Assembly (NCBI RefSeq): GCF_029024305.1 | Contig: NZ_CP118974.1 | Coordinates: forward strand, 1,611,069 to 1,643,068 | Length of the DNA stretch: 32,000 bases | Direction of reading: 5' to 3' | DNA from: Mammaliicoccus vitulinus | Lineage (GTDB): Bacteria > Bacillota > Bacilli > Staphylococcales > Staphylococcaceae | Shown here: in pieces, positions 29,152 to 32,000 of the stretch | Layout of the letters: each line of letters opens with the position of its first letter | Position numbering within the stretch: position 1 is the first letter of the stretch | Notes under the pieces: model-generated | What the model was told of the DNA's origin: nothing | The model's input: the letters and a program-made list of their open reading frames with translations, nothing else | The model's database searches: none | Program-made: the position numbers and the translations under genes

Positions 29152-29195
29152 TAGTTCTATATAATAATGCATTTGCTCATATATTAATAACCTTC
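29152..29195 (+). repeat. Possible degenerate solo copy of the 40-bp repeat, on the def-proximal side of the NERD gene
   Basis: TGCATTTGCTC (29168-29178) is an exact 11-mer match to the B-type core of array units at 30491-30730. TAATAACC (29185-29192) matches the terminal-unit tail CTAATAACC. The order is the same but the spacing is 4 nt shorter. Confidence 0.35.
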
Positions 29196-29353
29196 ATTTT
29201 TTCAATGAACATCACACCTTTGACGTGAGGCCTATCTATAAATAAAAATTCCTAATTCAAAATGGTGATTCATTCTAGAAATAGATTATTGAATATTATA
29301 AAATCTATTTAGAATTACATATCATTCAAAACCAACATAGAAAGGACCACCAT

Positions 29354-30241
29354 ATGAAATCAAATGAATATATTGATTATATAACTGCTCTTGAAGGAAG
29401 AAGAATATTAAGTAAAGATGAAAGAACTGACTTGATGACTCACTATAATGGCAAGGAAGGTGAAGCGTATTTCAAGGCATTTTTAAATACTTTAGAAAAC
29501 ATATCATATATACATTCATTCGAGTTTGGTACAACGAACCATGTACAAATTGACTTTTTAGTTGCCACTCCTCATAAACTTTTTATTTTCGAAGTCAAAC
29601 ATTATAGAGATGAGTGGTACTTTGAAAATGGCACTTTAAAAAATAATTACGGTATAGTTACGAAATCTCCAATAACTCAAGTACAATATATGAAAAATGA
29701 GCTTCACAAATTATTACACGACTATGGCATCTTTTTAGAAATCGAATCCTTTATAGTTTTTACAAATCCCCAATTCATACCTGCTGGTAATTGGCCTCAT
29801 GATCAAAACATCCTATTCTTAAATCAGCTTAATAAAATAGTGGCAATATTATCATCTGAACTCCCTAATAATAACCACCAAATTTTAAACTTACTTTTAG
29901 AACATGAATCAAAGCATTCCACATATTATCAAAAAGACTTTTTAACTTACTATAATTTGAATTTAGCCGGATTAAAATGTCCTTGCTGTAGAAAAATGCA
30001 TACAATAAAAGTATTAGAACAAAAAGTACATTATAATTGCACATACTGTCATACAAGCATGACATGCGAAAAAATTGTATTATTCAATTTGAAAGAACTA
30101 TATATTTTGAAAAGAGATAGTTTCACTTTAGAAGAAGCAATAACATGGTGTAGCCCAATCAGTAAATACAGAATCGCTCGTGTTTGCAACAAGCACTTTA
30201 CATCTGGGACACGTAGAAATAGAAAGTTTTATTTAAAATAA
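29354..30241 (+). CDS. NERD-domain protein with C-terminal CxxC...CxxC zinc ribbon
   Basis: NERD pattern GKEGEAYF...VQIDFLVATPHKLFIFEVKHY...SPITQVQYM...IVFTN (a PD-(D/E)xK-like D...EVK core). C-terminal segment CPCCRKMHTIKVLEQKVHYNCTYC plus a basic tail. SD GAAAGGA lies 7 nt upstream of the ATG. It is one of only two plus-strand genes in the window. Confidence 0.8.
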   Translation: MKSNEYIDYITALEGRRILSKDERTDLMTHYNGKEGEAYFKAFLNTLENISYIHSFEFGTTNHVQIDFLVATPHKLFIFEVKHYRDEWYFENGTLKNNYGIVTKSPITQVQYMKNELHKLLHDYGIFLEIESFIVFTNPQFIPAGNWPHDQNILFLNQLNKIVAILSSELPNNNHQILNLLLEHESKHSTYYQKDFLTYYNLNLAGLKCPCCRKMHTIKVLEQKVHYNCTYCHTSMTCEKIVLFNLKELYILKRDSFTLEEAITWCSPISKYRIARVCNKHFTSGTRRNRKFYLK

Positions 30242-30270
30242 CAGATACGACTTTTTCATAAGTATTTCGA

Positions 30271-30797
30271 GTCACTCCTGCTAATAACTGTAGCCTTATT
30301 TGCATTTGTTCCACTTTTTGCTAATAACCGCTGCCTTATTTGCACTTCTTCCTATTTTTGCTTCTAACGATAGCCTTATTTGCACTTCTTCCTATTTTTG
30401 CTTCTAACGATAGCCTTATTTGCACTTCTTCCAACTTTTGCTTCTAACACTAGCCTTATTTGCACTTCTTCCACATTTTGCTTCTAACGATAGCCTTATT
30501 TGCATTTGCTCCAACTTTTGCTTCTAACACTAGCCTTGTTTGCATTTGCTCTACTTTTTGCTTCTAACTGTAGCCTTATTTGCATTTGCTCCTACTTTTG
30601 CTTCTAACACTAGCCTTATTTGCACTTCTTCCACTTTCTGCTTCTAACGTTAGCCTTATTTGCATTTGCTCTACTTTTTGCTTCTAACTGTAGCCTTATT
30701 TGCATTTGCTCTACCTTTTGCTTCTAACGCTAGCCTTATTTGCACTTTTTCCTACTTTTGCTAATAACCGAATCCTTATTTGCACTTCTTTCCTACA
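30271..30797 (+). repeat. Tandem array of about 13 copies of a 40-bp non-coding direct repeat
   Basis: Units start exactly every 40 bp from 30291 to 30771, with a partial leading unit from 30271 and no indels. Consensus TAGCCTTATTTGCACTTCTTCCTATTTTTGCTTCTAACGA. Two core variants alternate (TGCACTTCTT and TGCATTTGCT). Unit positions 21-30 vary, the last two bases vary (GA, AC, TG, GT, GC), and the edge units carry a distinct tail CTAATAACYG. The last unit runs directly into the priA stop codon. Confidence 0.95.
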
Positions 30798-32000
30798 TTA
30801 CATCAACATTTGTGGATTGATATCAATCTCCAATGATAATTTGTCCTTCAAATATTGCTCATGGTAATAATCGTCTAGATATCTCAATGCTGTTAATAAG
30901 TCTGGTTCGTTTTTGAACTTTATAAGAATTTGGAATCTATGTTGATTGTTTATTCTTGATAACGGGCTTGGTGACGGTCCTAATACAAAGGATTGTGTTG
31001 TGACGTGTTGTACAAGTATTCCGTGAATATGCTTGGATGCTTGTAATACTTTTCTTTTATCGAAATGACTAATTGTTAAATTTACAAGATAGTAATATGG
31101 TGGATATTTACCGACTTGTCTAAATTTCATCTCTTTTTGATAAAATGATAAGAAGTCATTTTTCGTAACGTCTAGAATTGCGTAATGATCAGGGTTATAC
31201 GTTTGAATCATTACTTCTCCTTGTTTTTCGTGTCTGCCTGCTCTACCTGCTACTTGTGTTAACAATTGGAATGTCTTCTCACTTGATCTAAAGTCTGGCA
31301 AGTTTAGCATCGTATCTGCATTAAGCACGCCTACTAAAGTGATGTTTTCAAAGTCTAAACCTTTCGCAATCATTTGTGTACCTAATAAAATATTGGCTTC
31401 TTGATTACCAAAAGCTGTTAGCAGTCTTTCATGTGCACCCTTTTTAGAAGTTGTATCGACATCCATTCTAATCACTTTAGCACGGTCAAAAGTTTCATAA
31501 ATAATTTCTTCGACTTTTTGAGTACCTACACCCATTTGTCGAATATGTTCACTTTCACAACTCGGACATTTTTGTGGCATTGCTTCACTATATCCACAAT
31601 AATGGCATTTCAAGTCATCATGAGTCTTATGATATGTTAAAGAAATATCGCAGTTTGGACATTGTGGCACGTGTCCACAATCTCTACATAATACGAATGA
31701 CGAATGTCCTCTTCTATTTAAAAAGAGAACAATTTGCTCACCTTTATCAATTCTCTCTTGGATTGCTTCAGTTAAATCCTTCGAGAACATTGATCTATTG
31801 CCTTCTTGCAATTCTTCTCTCATATCGATCAATTCAATTTCCGGCATTTTTTGTTGATTTACGCGATCTGGCAATCCTAGATATTGATATACATTTCTTT
31901 CAGCTCGAGCAAAAGTTTCTAAACTAGGTGTCGCTGATCCTAATACTACTGGACAATTATGGTATTCACTTCGCCATATAGCGATTTCTCTAGCATGGTA
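30798..32000 (-). CDS. priA: Primosomal replication restart helicase PriA, C-terminal 400 codons (5' end beyond window end)
   Basis: Cys-rich zinc-binding insert CRDCGHVPQCPNCDISLTYHKTHDDLKCHYCGYSEAMPQKCPSCES plus helicase motifs (LLGTQMIAKGLDF, QVAGRAGR). The TTG at 31874 in the track is an artefact. Hand translation of 31875-32000 stays open and reads ...YHAREIAIWRSEYHNCPVVLGSATPSLETFARAERNVYQYLGL, typical PriA. Confidence 0.93.
   Translation of the reverse strand, partial: YHAREIAIWRSEYHNCPVVLGSATPSLETFARAERNVYQYLGLPDRVNQQKMPEIELIDMREELQEGNRSMFSKDLTEAIQERIDKGEQIVLFLNRRGHSSFVLCRDCGHVPQCPNCDISLTYHKTHDDLKCHYCGYSEAMPQKCPSCESEHIRQMGVGTQKVEEIIYETFDRAKVIRMDVDTTSKKGAHERLLTAFGNQEANILLGTQMIAKGLDFENITLVGVLNADTMLNLPDFRSSEKTFQLLTQVAGRAGRHEKQGEVMIQTYNPDHYAILDVTKNDFLSFYQKEMKFRQVGKYPPYYYLVNLTISHFDKRKVLQASKHIHGILVQHVTTQSFVLGPSPSPLSRINNQHRFQILIKFKNEPDLLTALRYLDDYYHEQYLKDKLSLEIDINPQMLM

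Noticed and set aside
29251-29311. 16-codon ORF MVIHSRNRLLNIIKSI and other tiny ORFs in the def/NERD intergenic region
   Set aside because: None has a Shine-Dalgarno sequence. They are too short, with no conservation evidence available from the sequence alone.
29274-29314. Inverted repeat AAATAGATT-N14-AATCTATTT upstream of the NERD gene as an operator
   Set aside because: A 9-bp AT-only dyad in 300 bp of AT-rich intergenic DNA is expected by chance at appreciable frequency (my rough estimate is about 0.4), and the arm extension needs a 2-nt gap.
30271-30797. The repeat array as a CRISPR locus
   Set aside because: The units are contiguous with no unique spacers, the repeat has no palindromic core, and no cas genes or leader are present in the window.
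30271-30797. The repeat array as a coding repeat, or as an RNA sponge for a GGA-binding regulator
   Set aside because: The 40-nt period shifts frame in every unit and stop codons occur in every frame on both strands, with no ORF in the track. GGA-containing motifs appear on the minus strand only in some unit variants, and I believe staphylococci lack CsrA, so nothing supports the sponge idea.
30798-31874. priA as a complete 358-aa ORF starting at the TTG at 31874, or as a truncated pseudogene
   Set aside because: Hand translation shows the frame stays open from 31875 to 32000 with typical PriA sequence. The apparent start is a window-edge artefact.
2496-31927. All plus-strand track ORFs of 60-118 aa inside minus-strand genes (2496-2711, 3932-4165, 4531-4743, 6643-6999, 7102-7287, 8294-8479, 9505-9699, 9781-10095, 11819-12001, 12940-13134, 13600-13791, 19388-19651, 21067-21375, 23217-23546, 27462-27644, 28656-28895, 31431-31640, 31574-31927) and the minus-strand ORF 29865-30065 inside the NERD gene
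   Set aside because: Each lies antisense to a gene with strong homology support. Their translations are low-complexity, Ser/Ile/Phe-rich sequences typical of shadow frames in AT-rich DNA, and none has a convincing SD plus start codon.

Overview
Low-GC Firmicute chromosome. Protein sequences and gene order match the conserved Staphylococcaceae/Bacillus core block, read on the minus strand from high to low coordinates: priA-def-fmt-rsmB-rlmN-stp-pknB-[insert]-rsgA-rpe-thiN, then rpmB on the plus strand, then yloU(asp23-like)-fakA-sdaAB-sdaAA-recG-[srtA]-fapR-plsX-fabD-fabG-acpP-[CHAP]-rnc-smc. Species cannot be assigned from sequence alone. smc (3' end) and priA (5' end) run off the window edges, and smc is missing from the ORF track only because its stop lies outside the window. 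All core genes look intact, with no frameshifts seen. Several longest-ORF starts in the track are probably too long, so internal starts with Shine-Dalgarno support are proposed. From my memory of S. aureus gene order, four segments look lineage-specific. (1) About 4.9 kb between pknB and rsgA carries an HssRS-like two-component system, an OleT-like CYP152 P450 and an S41-peptidase-like protein that lacks both catalytic residues. (2) Between def and priA sits a plus-strand NERD-domain/zinc-ribbon gene followed by a perfectly phased array of about 13 copies of a 40-bp non-coding repeat. (3) A class A sortase lies between recG and fapR. (4) A secreted endolysin-type CHAP hydrolase lies between acpP and rnc. 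The repeat array with the NERD gene, and the P450/pseudo-peptidase/heme-sensor cluster, are the parts most worth follow-up. No CRISPR, tRNA, rRNA, transposase or integrase was recognised.
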